In this document: positions 32,258 through 45,385 of the stretch, one piece after another | Layout of the letters: every line of letters starts with the position of its first letter | Numbering within the stretch: position 1 is the first letter of the stretch | Notes under the pieces: model-generated | Database searches by the model: none | What the model was told of the DNA's origin: nothing | What the model saw: the letters and a program-made list of their open reading frames with translations, nothing else | Assembly (NCBI GenBank): GCA_012295275.1 | Contig: CM022678.1 | Span: 2,852,001-2,916,000, forward strand | DNA length: 64,000 nt | Source of the DNA: Chrysomallon squamiferum | Taxonomy: Eukaryota > Animalia > Mollusca | Direction: 5' to 3' | Position numbers and translations under genes: made by a program

Positions 32258-32889
32258 TGTGGAAAATATTGTCAAGACTGTATCTTGGATCTTATATGCG
32301 TGTTTTTGTGTGTAAATGTATGTATGTGTGTGTGTGTGTGTGTTTGTGTGCGTGTTTCTGTGTAGGTAAGTACGTACTTCTGTACACAGACATTCAGAGG
32401 GCTATTTTAACATCATTACAGACTCCCAGCCAAAACAACACACGTGGTCCCAAACCACCATGAAAAATTTATCAACAGCAACACACAGTATACGTGAATT
32501 AACCCATTGTTACTTACATAATAATTCAGCGCTCATAAAAGTGATGAAATGGTAGAACCCTCTTTATCATGTTCCAGCCTGGACTCCACGATTGGTTATG
32601 ATATAGTTTGCTAAGCACTGATTTCCCTACCTATGAGTAGGTACAAACACAACATATCACCACGTGTTAAAGTCTCTCATATTTTTTAAGTTTCAAGAAC
32701 GATGTTTGTTAAGGGTTAATTTTATCTGTACCGATGTAAGGTTTATTGTTTATAATTTACTTTCAAAATTCGTTTTGATGTATTTTGTTCCATCCAGATT
32801 GAGAAACATTACCAAAAAATGAATGAATGAATGAATGAATGAATAAATAAATAAATAGTTTAATTTCAAAACGAGATAAACGCCAAAAT

Positions 32890-32928
<39 letters not shown>

Positions 32929-33110
32929 CAGCATCTGACAGCTTTTCAAAGCCACCTCATTATTTTCCCCACAATTCTCTATCTGCAGTTGATCTACGCT
33001 GTAGACTGTAGACCTTCGTTTCATGACTTGATAAACTCCAGAGCAGAAATAGTCATTTTTCTCAAAACAAAGAAAATGGATTTATAGCGTATGGAACCAA
33101 AATCTTCAAA

Positions 33111-33141
<31 letters not shown>

Positions 33142-33862
33142 AAGTATAAATACAATATAAATATAAAAATAAATAAATAAATAAAAGTATAAATACAATA
33201 TAAATATAAAAATAAATAAATAAATAAATAAGTAAACAAATTAAAATCAAAATTCTGCCTAAAAGTCGAATTAGAAGACCGCCGACTGAGAAAAACATTT
33301 TACGGCCGATGCGAGTTATCTGCTCCTGAATCGCTCGTTCTTTTTTGTCGCGAGTAATCGCGAAGGTCGCGTGAATGCCGTTCTGCGATTGGCGAGTGTT
33401 TCTGTGTTACAGCATTGCCGCGGGCTGACAACAGGAAGCCATTAGAACGTCGCAGATTATAGAAACATTTCCCGCAGACGAAAAAGTCTGCATCTCGACA
33501 AACACAGCATTGAACCCTCGACCCGATACTTCAAGGAAGCCCCACGAAGACGCGCCTGACAGACGGAAATGACAACCCACGTGCGCAGGCGTCGACTCTT
33601 TGATGGCTCAGTTAAAACAGAGTTTGCTCCAACAGCGAGCTATGTTTAAAATTGTTTAAACTTATTATAGTCTACGTACGTGTTGTCGTACGCTCGTCAG
33701 ATTAAACTTTTGCATGTTAGCAATGTGTGTGCGTGTGTGTGTGTATTTGTGTGTGTGCGTCTGTGCGTAAATACATACATATACTGAAAGACATACATAT
33801 ATATATATTCACTGAAAGACATAAAAATACACAAACACTATCGCTCTCTCACACACATAGAT

Positions 33863-33941
<79 letters not shown>

Positions 33942-34091
33942 ACACACACAGACACACGCACAAGCACACCTACAAACAGGAACAAAACGCAGACTATTTT
34001 GTAATAAATAACATGAATATATATATATATATATATTCCCATTAGCTAACATGTAGTTCTAACAAAAACGTGTGAATGTCACTGTCTTAGG

Positions 34092-34105
34092 GCGACCTCT
34101 GGTGG
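34092..34105 (-). promoter_or_regulatory. CTCF-like motif CCACCAGAGGTCGC
   Basis: near match to the CCACCAG(G/A)GGGCGC core. Confidence 0.35.
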
Positions 34106-34604
34106 AGACTAATTATTTCTAATTAACGACGCCAGATCGCCGGCTGTGAGAAGTTGTACGGATTCTCTCCCCTGGCCATGTCGCTCTTTTATTAGAAAAT
34201 CAAATATTTTCATTTTAACAGAGCTGGTTTACCTTCGTTTTCAAAACAATCAGAGCGACGCCGTTTATTTAACTATTAAGTAAAATATAATTTCACAAAC
34301 ATTAATAACTTAAATGTATTATTGAAGTGTATCTTTAATGCAAGGAAATATATATATTTTTTTTCTTTAAAATATCTGATTTCTGAAGTTCGCACCACTA
34401 ATACTTAGAGATCAATGTTTTCGGGGTTTTAAGTTTTATTTTCAGTTTCTTTTTATTGTGCTATTTTATTTTATTTTATTTTATTTTATTTTATTTTATT
34501 TATTCATTCATTCATTCATTCATTATTATTATCATCATCACCACCATTATCTTCATTATTATTAGAAAAAAACTGACACTAGAAGAAACTATTAATAGAT
34601 GGCA

Positions 34605-34639
<35 letters not shown>

Positions 34640-35847
34640 TACATACATACATACATACATACATTTCTTCGCCCACGTACAAATTCGTCACACATAAAGT
34701 AAATTGAAATGTATTGATGCCATTTTTTTTAAATAATTTTTTGTTACACCAAATTTAATCACTATATTAGTAATATTCATTCACTCAAATTTTTACTGTT
34801 ATTTTTATTTATTTATTTATTTATTTATTATTTTTATTTAAATCTACAACAATAAAATTTCGTTCAGATTTTAAGTTCTCATTACTAAAGTTTTAATAGG
34901 CATTTTTTCCCCCATCTTTCTGTTTTTGATAAAAAAAAACAAATGAACGTTACTGTGCAATATCTTTAACGTCTTTGTAAAGTGAGACATTTTTTTTATG
35001 CAGGATCTCCTGATAAACGAGAAACTAAAAAAAAAAAAAAACATTTTGACGTCGATTAGAAAATAAACAAATTTGCTGACACTAATTTGTTTTTATCTTT
35101 GGCTATTATTACACTTAATCAGAGTTTCAGTATTTCTTTTTCTGTATCACATTGCATGACATAGAATAAACGTTTTTTTTTTGTTGTTGTTGTTGTTGTT
35201 GTTTCTGTTGTTTTTTCCCTTAATTAAAATGAAATTAAATAAATAAAAATATAAATAAAATAAAAATTCAAGAAGAAAATGAAGAAGAAGAAGGAGAAAA
35301 AAGGAAAAAAAGAAGAATAACTGAAACGATTTCTGAATGACTTTTTGTTTCTCGTTAATTCCAGAAAATTTTAAACAAACGAAGTTCCATGCATGTAAAG
35401 AACTACATTATCAACAGCGGCATCAAAGAACATTATGCTTATTAAGACCTGACACACAAAAAAAACAAAGGCGAGAAATTCGCTCACTTAGTACCTTAAA
35501 CTGACAAAACAAACGAACTTAACACTTTTCTTCATCGTTTTCCGCGTTCTGTTTGTTCCCAAACAAAACAGTCGTTCGTTATTACCACTCTTAATTTTTT
35601 TTTTTTTAAATGTCGACAAATTATCGTCCTTCTTTTCACAACAGCAGGTCCCGTACACCGACAGCTTTCTGTTTATTACGCTTCATAGCGCGCTCTCTCT
35701 TCGAGCTCGTGCGAATCAAAGCGATACTCAACTACAAACAAGAACGAGAACGCCGTTCGACTGATTAACAACGCGGGTCTGATGCCATCATCGATTAGTG
35801 TATGTAATTCACACGTTTCCTAATGAAAGACTGACATGCAACGAGGG

Positions 35848-36076
35848 TATAAATATATCCATTCCTCCAAAACAACCGCCGCCAAATCTCTGCACTGTCG
35901 TCTGCTCTTGTTGTAGCGAACGAACTCTCGACTGGGTTTTTTTTTTCTCGAAAGTTATTTAATACAGTCGGTAATTCAAGATATTACCGAGAATTATTAT
36001 CATTATTATTTTTTATTTTTTATTTTTATTTTTTTGTTTAAAAAAGAGGATATTTTCATTTCAGCCTTTCCAGCAG
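35848..36076 (+). promoter_or_regulatory. TATA box and putative non-coding first exon of ELH-like gene 1
   Basis: TATAAATA at 35848-35855 after a CpG-rich stretch; perfect CAG/GTGAGT donor at 36076/36077; matching acceptor tttcag at 38797, 1 nt before the ATG. Confidence 0.65.
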
Positions 36077-36083
36077 GTGAGTT

Positions 36084-36164
<81 letters not shown>

Positions 36165-37097
36165 CATAATGATGATGATGATGATGATGATGATTTGATT
36201 TTGGCACGTATTAATTACTTAATATAGTATTAAAAATATTAAGAACATAAAATCATATACATAACAATTGCTTTCGTAAATAAAAAATATATATCTATAT
36301 ATATGTTTAGGTTTTCAGAAATAATTTTTTAACATTTTAAAAATTCATTGTATTAATTATATTTCAGTTTTTCTCTTTTCTTTCCAACATCGTAATTCCC
36401 GTTTGTTTCAGTTTTCTTTTTTCTTTATCCTTCTTTCTTTTTCTTCATTTTTCTTTCATCTTTTTCTTTTTCTGTCTTCATATTTCTTTTTCTTTCTTCC
36501 TATTTTCAACGTTATCTTAATCATCGTCTTCACCACCATCATCATCATCATCATGTTAATGATTTTCTTCTTTCATTTGTCGTGTACTTTTTATCGTCAT
36601 CGTTCTTTTTTTTTTTTTTTTCCCTTTTTTTTTTTTCTATTACTTTTATCTTTATTCTGTAAAAATCTTTCTTTTTCTTCTTGTTTCTTCTTTATTTTAT
36701 TGTGTTTCCTTTCACTTGTGCTATTTCATTGTTTGATGCTTTTTATTATCCTTCTCCTTCACTTTTGTTTTCATAAAGATGTGAAGTATATTTTTGAGAT
36801 TTACATCCGCGGTTGTTTGTGAAATCAAACTTAGCTAGATGTGAAAATATATTTAAATCATGAAATACTTATAGTCATAGTTAATATTTAATAATAGTCA
36901 TCTGCTAGTAATACATCTATTATTATTATTATTATTATTTATTATTATTATTTATTATTATCATCATCAAAATAATTATCATTATCACCGTCGTCAGAAT
37001 TTTTGCCATGATCGTCCATTTCCATTTTATTACTATTCATTTTCGTTTTTTGTAATTATTTTAATTTACTTTTTCACGTATCTTTAATTAATAGCCA

Positions 37098-37199
<102 letters not shown>

Positions 37200-37964
37200 C
37201 TAAACATCAAAAAAAAAAGAAGAAAAAAAAGTTATATATTACCTTCATCATACATAACAACATACATATTTCGCTAAAAATAATTACAATAAAAGAAAAA
37301 CAAATAAATAAAATATCATCATCTTATGCCACGTTATAAATCCTGTCATTTGTTTCCCCCACCCTTGTTTTAAAAAGCAATTAGCGCCGCCTGTCAAAGA
37401 ACTTAATCTTACTCGCGCATTAATACATAACAGTACAAGTGCACTGAATGTTGAGACCCGCCCGGGCATCCGTCACTTAACAGGTCGGTCCATTGTTCGT
37501 TGAAATGTCGCTCGAGTTAAAAACCCAGCGGTCAGTCAGTCGCACACTGCCACGTGCCTGCGTGACCAGTACAGGCGTGCTTGAACAGTTAGTGCGCCGG
37601 GAAAAAGAAAGCGCACAACATCAAGCGAACATCCTGTTGACTTTATTTATAACCTTCTCCTCTGTTTTCTGCACAATTCTCTGACGCAGTTAAAAAAAAA
37701 AAAAAAATATGGCGGCGAAAGGCATGAAGGCTGCAGCAGTTGTTTTCAGTTGATTTTTTTTTTTTTTTCCCTGAACGTTACCTTGATGCAAAAGTGTTTT
37801 CTGAGTCTTTGGGGATTTTTTTTTTAAATTTGCCGTCTCATTCAGTTTTAAACTAGTTTATTTAGAGCGGGAAGATAATTTAAAGAGTCTTGAAGTTTAA
37901 ATATTTGACTGTCTCGTGCTATTTTGTCCTATTACGTCTTGTAATTGTGGTACCAGTGCATTCG

Positions 37965-38041
<77 letters not shown>

Positions 38042-38544
38042 GCATATGAATGATTGCTTTTCATTTATTTCATTTTTTTTTAATTTCGAAAATTTATTTT
38101 TTGTTTTATTTATTTTATATTATTTATTTGTTTGCTTGTTTACATTTTTAAATTTTATTTATAACTTTTATTTATTTCTACTTTTTATTATATTTATATA
38201 TTATTTTTATTTCTTATATTTCTTATTTGTTTGTTGTTTGGTATTTATTTATGTTTTTATTTGCATAATTAATGAAAATTTGAATAATAAACAAGATGCC
38301 GTTGAAAGTAACGCTTTTTTATATTGTCTAACTTTCTACCTATTTTTATATTTTTTATGTTATAAATTTTGTATAAACAAACATTTTTTTCTTTCCTTTT
38401 AATAAATAAATAAATAAATACATAAATAAATGAAAATTAAATAAAAAATAAATAAATAAAAATATACATGGTTCACTTAAAATAACGGCCCTGTTTTATT
38501 TATTTGCTTTCATTGGAATTTATATATAATAATAACGTAAACAT

Positions 38545-38606
38545 ACATCATACATATGTATGTATGTATGTATGTATGTGTGTGTTTATGTATGTATGTA
38601 TGAATG

Positions 38607-38637
<31 letters not shown>

Positions 38638-38682
38638 GTTTATGTATGTATGTATGAATGTATATATATGTATGTATGTATG

Positions 38683-38743
<61 letters not shown>

Positions 38744-38790
38744 TATTTATTTATTTATTTTTATTTATTTATTTATTTATTTATTTATTT
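38545..38790. repeat. (TATG)n/(TA)n/(TTTA)n tract directly upstream of the ELH-like coding exon
   Basis: direct reading; explains the spurious N-terminal extension of ORF 38658..39818. Confidence 0.9.
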
Positions 38791-38798
38791 GTTTCAGA

Positions 38799-39818
38799 AT
38801 GTCAGGCTGGAATCTGTTTGCGGTCGTCATGATGTGGACGCTGTTTGACCTACAAACAGCAGACGGCTACCAGGAACCCGAGATCACGAGAGACGCATGG
38901 GACCCGCGACTAGAAGCTTCGTCCGATTCCCGTCATGCATTTCGGCCTGCCATGACGCCACCGATTTCCGCTGGACGCACCGTCCGTCGTAGCGGTATTT
39001 CGAAGCGTTTCTCGGACCTGTCGATCAGCCAGGACCTGCGCGTGCTCGCCGAGATGTTGTCGAAAGAACGCGAGTCGCGAAGACGGAACAGCCTCGTGAA
39101 TCTCCGGTCTAAGCTGCGAAAACTGGGCAAACGTGACGTCACTTACGCCGAAGGCGAAACGCCAAGGAAAGATAACCTGGCGGCCATCGCAGAAGGTTTG
39201 CGCAAGCTGGGAAGCGGTAAAGCGTTACCGACGAAAGTAGACAAAAAAGACGCGAATGACAAACACGAAGGCGAAGCAGACCGAGAAATCGCGTTTTTGA
39301 ACATCGGCGGCCGGCTGTACAAACTCGGAAATCGTCGTTCGTCGGCGGATACGGACAGCGACGGAGAGTTGCCTAAGGAAGACTTCATACAAATCGGGTC
39401 CCCTGTTGCAAGTCTCGGAGACTCCGAAGAAATGGGAAAGCTGCCGAACAACGACGAAATCTCCGAAAAGGACGGAATGACTGATTTCGGATTACAAACA
39501 GCAGATGACAAAGGATCGTCGACTCTTCAGAAAACGGAGATGCCGCAGAAAAACACGTACACGAGTATGGCATCTCTTCTGAGAAATTTCGTAAAGGATA
39601 ACTTCGGAGATGAGATATCGATGCAAAAAGAACACCCTTCGCCCAAAACGGGCACTTCGGCAACTGAAATATCCGATTCCGAGACAGTGGCGGAAAGTAA
39701 CGAAGACACGTTGTTAGCGGAGTTTGCCGAGTACAAGAAGTTAGTGAACGAATTTAAGTCGATGTTGGAAACAGAGCGGGAACACTACAAATATCTCAAT
39801 TATCTTCTAGAAAAATAA
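38799..39818 (+). CDS. ELH: Egg-laying hormone (ELH)/CRH-DH44-family neuropeptide precursor 1, 339 aa
   Basis: Signal peptide MSGWNLFAVVMMWTLFDLQTADG; KR-FSDLSISQDLRVLAEMLSKERESRRRNSLVNLRSKLRKL-GKR (39009-39125, amidated), resembling Aplysia ELH ISINQDLKAITDML...LADLRQRLLEK-amide; whole CDS in one exon. Confidence 0.88.
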   Translation: MSGWNLFAVVMMWTLFDLQTADGYQEPEITRDAWDPRLEASSDSRHAFRPAMTPPISAGRTVRRSGISKRFSDLSISQDLRVLAEMLSKERESRRRNSLVNLRSKLRKLGKRDVTYAEGETPRKDNLAAIAEGLRKLGSGKALPTKVDKKDANDKHEGEADREIAFLNIGGRLYKLGNRRSSADTDSDGELPKEDFIQIGSPVASLGDSEEMGKLPNNDEISEKDGMTDFGLQTADDKGSSTLQKTEMPQKNTYTSMASLLRNFVKDNFGDEISMQKEHPSPKTGTSATEISDSETVAESNEDTLLAEFAEYKKLVNEFKSMLETEREHYKYLNYLLEK

Positions 39819-40281
39819 TCTGTACACTTTGTATTATCATACAAAAGAACATGAAAGAAAATTAGTTGGTGGTTGGGGAAAAAAACAACAACAAAATAAC
39901 AAAAATAAATATATAAACAGAAAGTAAATAAATAAATAAATAAAAAGGTATGTAACTAATTAAATAAATAAATAAATAAACAGCCATATTTAATTTGTAG
40001 AATATAAAAAATAGAGAATATGTTAAATGATAGCCATTGTAATTTTGTCTTCTTCGTCATCTTTATCTTCTTTAAAATCTTCTTCTTCTGGTTACTACTA
40101 CTACTACTGCTGCTGCTACTACTACTACTATTACTACTACTGTTATTATTATTATTATTATTATTATATGGAGAGTAGTATTCCATAATTTTAAATATTT
40201 GTTTAGTTCAAATTTTTAATTTATAAACCAGTATTTTATAATGACTAGAAAATCTTTATAGTATTTATTTATTTATTTATT

Positions 40282-40327
<46 letters not shown>

Positions 40328-41328
40328 TTATTATTGACTGATAAATCGTTAGCTCCCATATAGTCAAAACTAGTTTATATTATTCAATCTTGAGTTGTGT
40401 CCCTTTTTGTTTGCTGAAAAGAATTATCTCAACAAAAAAGTAAATGAATGAATAAATGAATGATGAATGAATGAATAAATAAGTAAACAATAATGATATC
40501 AATAACAATAACAACAATCATTTTTAATTTGCTTTTTTATTTCAATCAAAAGTTTTCACTAAAGGTTTTCAAATTTCTTTATTTTTTTGTCTTTGTTTTC
40601 TCTCACCATTAAACAAATTCTTCTTGACTTGCGTTTGTTTAGTTTTATTATCGCGAAAACAAAATGGCGTCGACAAACAAAAGTACTAAATGTCGAACTG
40701 TACCGAATTTTCTCTGTTTTGACAAATAACTTTCGTCATATATTACTGTTTCTACAGCAACAAGCTCTCTCCAGTGAGCAATACCAAATGCTGAAGTAGC
40801 GACATTAATAATGACGTTTAATAATGACGAAGTCACCCACGCAAAAACCTTCTATTTTTAAACATTGTGTCGAATTTTACTTTTTTATTTTTTAAATTAA
40901 AATAGTTTAAAAAAAAAAACCCAAAAGAGCTGGATCTTTATTTTGAAATGATCACTTCTTCTTTTTCTTGTTCTTGTTATTATTCAAAATTAATAAAGGA
41001 AATGTCTCGCAATGATATAAAAAACGAAGTACAAATTTCAGTCTCACGTGACCTCCGAGATCTGAATACTGCATGCTAAGTTTATTAATTCAGCGTTAAT
41101 TATTAAAACTTTGTAAACATGACCTGTAGTTATTTTTCTTTTTGCTGTTGTTTGTACGAGCACGAGCACACACACACACACAAACACACACACACATAAA
41201 CACACACACACACACACACACACACAGGTTTCCCACGCAAAAAACAACAACAACAGATGCACGAAAGACAAAAAGAACGGCGTGTTTTGTGGGGAGCAAT
41301 TATTGCCCTCAGTTATGGAGCAACTTTA

Positions 41329-41372
<44 letters not shown>

Positions 41373-41885
41373 AAATGTGTCTAGATTATGTAACTGAACG
41401 CTATGTAAAATGTATGAAAAAAACACAGATACACGTACTCTCTCGCTAATCTGAAAACAGACTCTGTGTTTGTGACCAATTACAAATAAAAGCGTAGTCG
41501 GTTTTCAAAGAAAAGCCGATTATGACGTAATCACGTAATGACGTAAAACGGTTGCTTGGTTACATGTTGAAAATAAGAACACATGTAGTTACATGAGGTC
41601 AGAAATGTTCTACGTCTCCACTAAGAAATAAAAAAAAACTGTATTTACACATAAACACATGACTAAATACCCCCACACAAAAACATGTATACATTTATAC
41701 ATACATATTTAAATATAAACACTTATAAAAGATATATATATATATGTATATAAATGTGCACACACAGACAGATACATCATATTACATATACACATTCATA
41801 AAAAAAAACCCCAAAACGTAATAATAATAAATCGGAAGCATGATTTCCGAAATTAACCACAAATATTAAATTTTCAGAGAATTTA

Positions 41886-41925
<40 letters not shown>

Positions 41926-42164
41926 TCTTTTTTTTTTATTATTTTCTTCACAAACTTCCTTCTTCTTAATTATAATGATCTTTTTCTTTTTCATCATCTT
42001 TTTTTTAATAATTTCAACAACAGGTGTACATTTTTTTTTCTTTTATACTTTCTTTCATTCCTCCTGGGGGAGGGGATTTAGCGAGAATGGAGATCTAGGG
42101 CGTGTCAAACTCTCTGGGTCCGTCCTCCGCAAACCACCTTCCTGAGTAATCATAACTTTTATTT

Positions 42165-42527
42165 TTTTGTTTTTCTTATTCATCTCTTTTCTTCTTTCTT
42201 TCATCTTTCTCTCTCTCTCTCTGTTTTCATACTTTCTTTCCATTTCTGTCTTTCCTTTTCTTGTTTCTTTTTTTACTCTTTTTCATTTTTTTCCATTTGT
42301 TTTTCTTCCTTTTTTTTTTTTATTTCTTTCTTTCTTTTTTTCCTTTTTCTTTTTTTTTCCCTTTTTCTTTTTTTTATTTCTTTCTTTCTTTTTTCATTAT
42401 TTCATTCTTTTTTTTTTTTTTTCTTTCTTTCTTTTCTTTTTTTCTTTTTTTTTTCCTTTCTTTCTTTCCTTCTTTCATTCTTTTTTTTCTTTCTTTCTTT
42501 CTTTTTCTTTCTTTCTTTTTCTTTTTT

Positions 42528-42563
<36 letters not shown>

Positions 42564-42690
42564 TTTTCGTTTCTTTTTTCTTTTTTTTCCGTCTTTCCTT
42601 CTTTCTTTCTTTCTTTTTTTTTCTTTTTTTTCTTTCTTTCTATCTTTTTATCCTTTTTGTAATTTAATTTTATTTCTTTTTTTTTTACTC
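42165..42690. repeat. Long polypyrimidine (TTTC/T)n low-complexity tract
   Basis: direct reading. Confidence 0.9.
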
Positions 42691-43167
42691 TGCTATGTTT
42701 TACAAAAAACAACAACAAAAAACCCCAGTTTGTATCTAACGTATTATTATTTAACTACAGCGGAAATACTCTCGTGCAAACAGTGAACGCTAAAACGATC
42801 CTTGTGTAACGAATTAGTTAAATAAATAAAACTGTAATTTAAAAAAAAAGAAAACGTAGCAATAACTAACGCTGATAAAAAAATAAATTTATATCGAGAT
42901 ATGATAACAGGGTGAATAGATAGACAACTCGAATACAGATAAAAAGGCATGTATGTAGAAATAGAGTCACATACACATAGATTTGATAGATTTGATAAAT
43001 ATATTCTGGTAGACAGATAGATCGATAGTTAAGTAGATGGTTATGTACTGAGATTTGATTGCTGGCTAGGAAAATATTTATTAGAAAAAGAGACTGATAG
43101 ATTGTTCGTTAATTAGAGAATTAGGTAGTTAGAAAAATTTATACATATATACATATATATATATATA

Positions 43168-43259
<92 letters not shown>

Positions 43260-43755
43260 ACGCAATAGAGTGGTGAGAGTTTGTGCAAAATAAATAATTA
43301 ATACACGACTTATCACAGAACATGAAAAAGTACAATAAATATGAAAAAATAAAAATAAAAAAATAAAAAAATAAAAAAAAAAGAAGAAGAAGAAGAAGAG
43401 GAAGAACCGATCAAAACAAAACAAGGTGAAAATGATTTAATTTCTAACAATCGCGCACTCAACCATTTGACGGAATTACACGAAGTTTTAAAATGATTAA
43501 CGATTGGTTAATCAACCTTTGAAGTACGCAGCGAAATAATCGACCTGATTTGTAAACTGATTTGTGATTGGTTAATCATTGTTGAGGTTCTGCTACTCAG
43601 CAAATCGATTGCAAAACACGATTAACCGGTTTCAAAACAATGGAGCTTTCAACATGATTTATCATCCTTGTGTTGAGAAATGACACTCGTTTATAATGGT
43701 ACATAGAAAAAAAAATGAAATGTATCAAAGACAGAAAGTGAAGAGAGAGAGAGAG

Positions 43756-43810
<55 letters not shown>

Positions 43811-44061
43811 TTGTGTATGTATGTATATATGTATGTATATATTACGTTTGTATGTATGTTTATGTGTATGTATGTATGTATGTATGTATGTATGTGTGGG
43901 TATGTGTCTCTCTATCTATATACGCGTATGTAGTCATTTTAAAAGTTCAATTAACCTGATAGACCAGCATAAGTAAGTAAATAAGTAAATAAGTAAGTAA
44001 TTAAATAAATAAATAAATAAAAGAAAAAGAAAATAATATAAGACCAGCATCAGTAAATAAG

Positions 44062-44100
<39 letters not shown>

Positions 44101-44454
44101 AAGAAAAAGAAAATAATATATAAAAAAAGAAGAAGAAGAAAAAAAAGAATATCATTACGTTAGTTATCATGCAACGGTATAAATTTTTCATAACGTCATT
44201 ATTCTCAAAGATTATTTCTCAAAATACACATTTTGAAAAAGGAAAGAAAGACGAAAAAAAAGAAGAACACCCACAGACCCCCCCCAAAAAAAAAACCTTG
44301 CCTACGGGATTTTTACGACATCAAAAAATAAATTTTTTACAACACTAAACTAGAATAGAAACCTAACAGCACAGAAACAACCCTTCCATTTCCCATGATT
44401 ATATCATCCCGATTTTAAATCAGGACAATCTACAGATAAAAAGTTAAAATGCTC

Positions 44455-44830
44455 ATTATTATTATTATTATTATTAATTGTTACTGTCATCACCACCATC
44501 ATCATCATCATCATCTTTATTATTATTACCATCATCATCATCATCATCGTCATTATTATTATTAGTAGAAGTAGTAATAGAAGTAGTAGTAGTAGCAGTG
44601 GTAACAGTAGTTGCAATAGTAGTAGTAGCTGTAGTAGTAGTAGTAGCTGTAGTAGTAGTAGTAGTAGTTGTAGTACTAGTAGTAGTTGTTGTAGTAGTAG
44701 TAGTAGTAGTAGTAGCAGTTGTAGTAGTAGTAATAGTAGTAGTAGTTGTAGTAGTAGTAGTAGTTGTAGTAGTAGTAGCTGTAGTAGTAGTAGTAGTAGT
44801 TGTAGTAGTAGTAGTAGTAGTAGTAGTATA
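44455..44830. repeat. (ATT)/(CAT)/(GTA)n compound trinucleotide microsatellite
   Basis: direct reading. Confidence 0.9.
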
Positions 44831-45344
44831 TAAAGTCTATTGATGTTACATATACAGTTTAGGTGAGAGAAAGATCATTTCTTCCAGGAATCTGTAATAA
44901 CCGGGGAATGACGTAATCATTAACTTGACAGACGTGAATACTGCAGTGACGTAATTGTTGTCAACACAACGGTTTGTGGCACGTTCAGCGACCTGACAGG
45001 AGAGAAAAACGTGCTCCCCCAGCTAAACCAACCAATCACAGATCGTGTTAGTTACGCGCACGTAAAGAAGGACCAATCGATGGACGTGTTAGAGAAAAGC
45101 AATTAGATTAATTTTCGGGATTTTACACTTAATTCCGTTGATTTGGCTTTCTGTATGAACTTTATTGAATTATTTACGGAGGGCTGGTTTGTTATTGGTT
45201 AATTCGTTTCTGCTGCGAGTTTCGGAGTGATTGTTTGAGTCGAACGTGAAAATTCGAAATCTCATTACTTCCTTCTGGCTTAGCGTCGTTCAACATCAAA
45301 AAAAAATAAATAATAATAATAATAAATAAAAAAAAAAATAAAAA

Positions 45345-45385
<41 letters not shown>

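Noticed and set aside
32541-32625. C/D-box snoRNA-like GTGATGA...CTGA
   Set aside because: Negligible terminal stem, no recognisable rRNA guide, intergenic. The gttccagcc...ccacgattggt segment looks more like a decayed interspersed repeat, which I cannot verify.
38658-38798. N-terminal 47 aa of ORF 38658..39818
   Set aside because: Intronic microsatellite; the true start is the ATG at 38799 after the acceptor.
38933-39736. Minus-strand ORFs opposite the ELH-like CDS
   Set aside because: Antisense shadows of a GC-richer coding exon, with no independent motifs.
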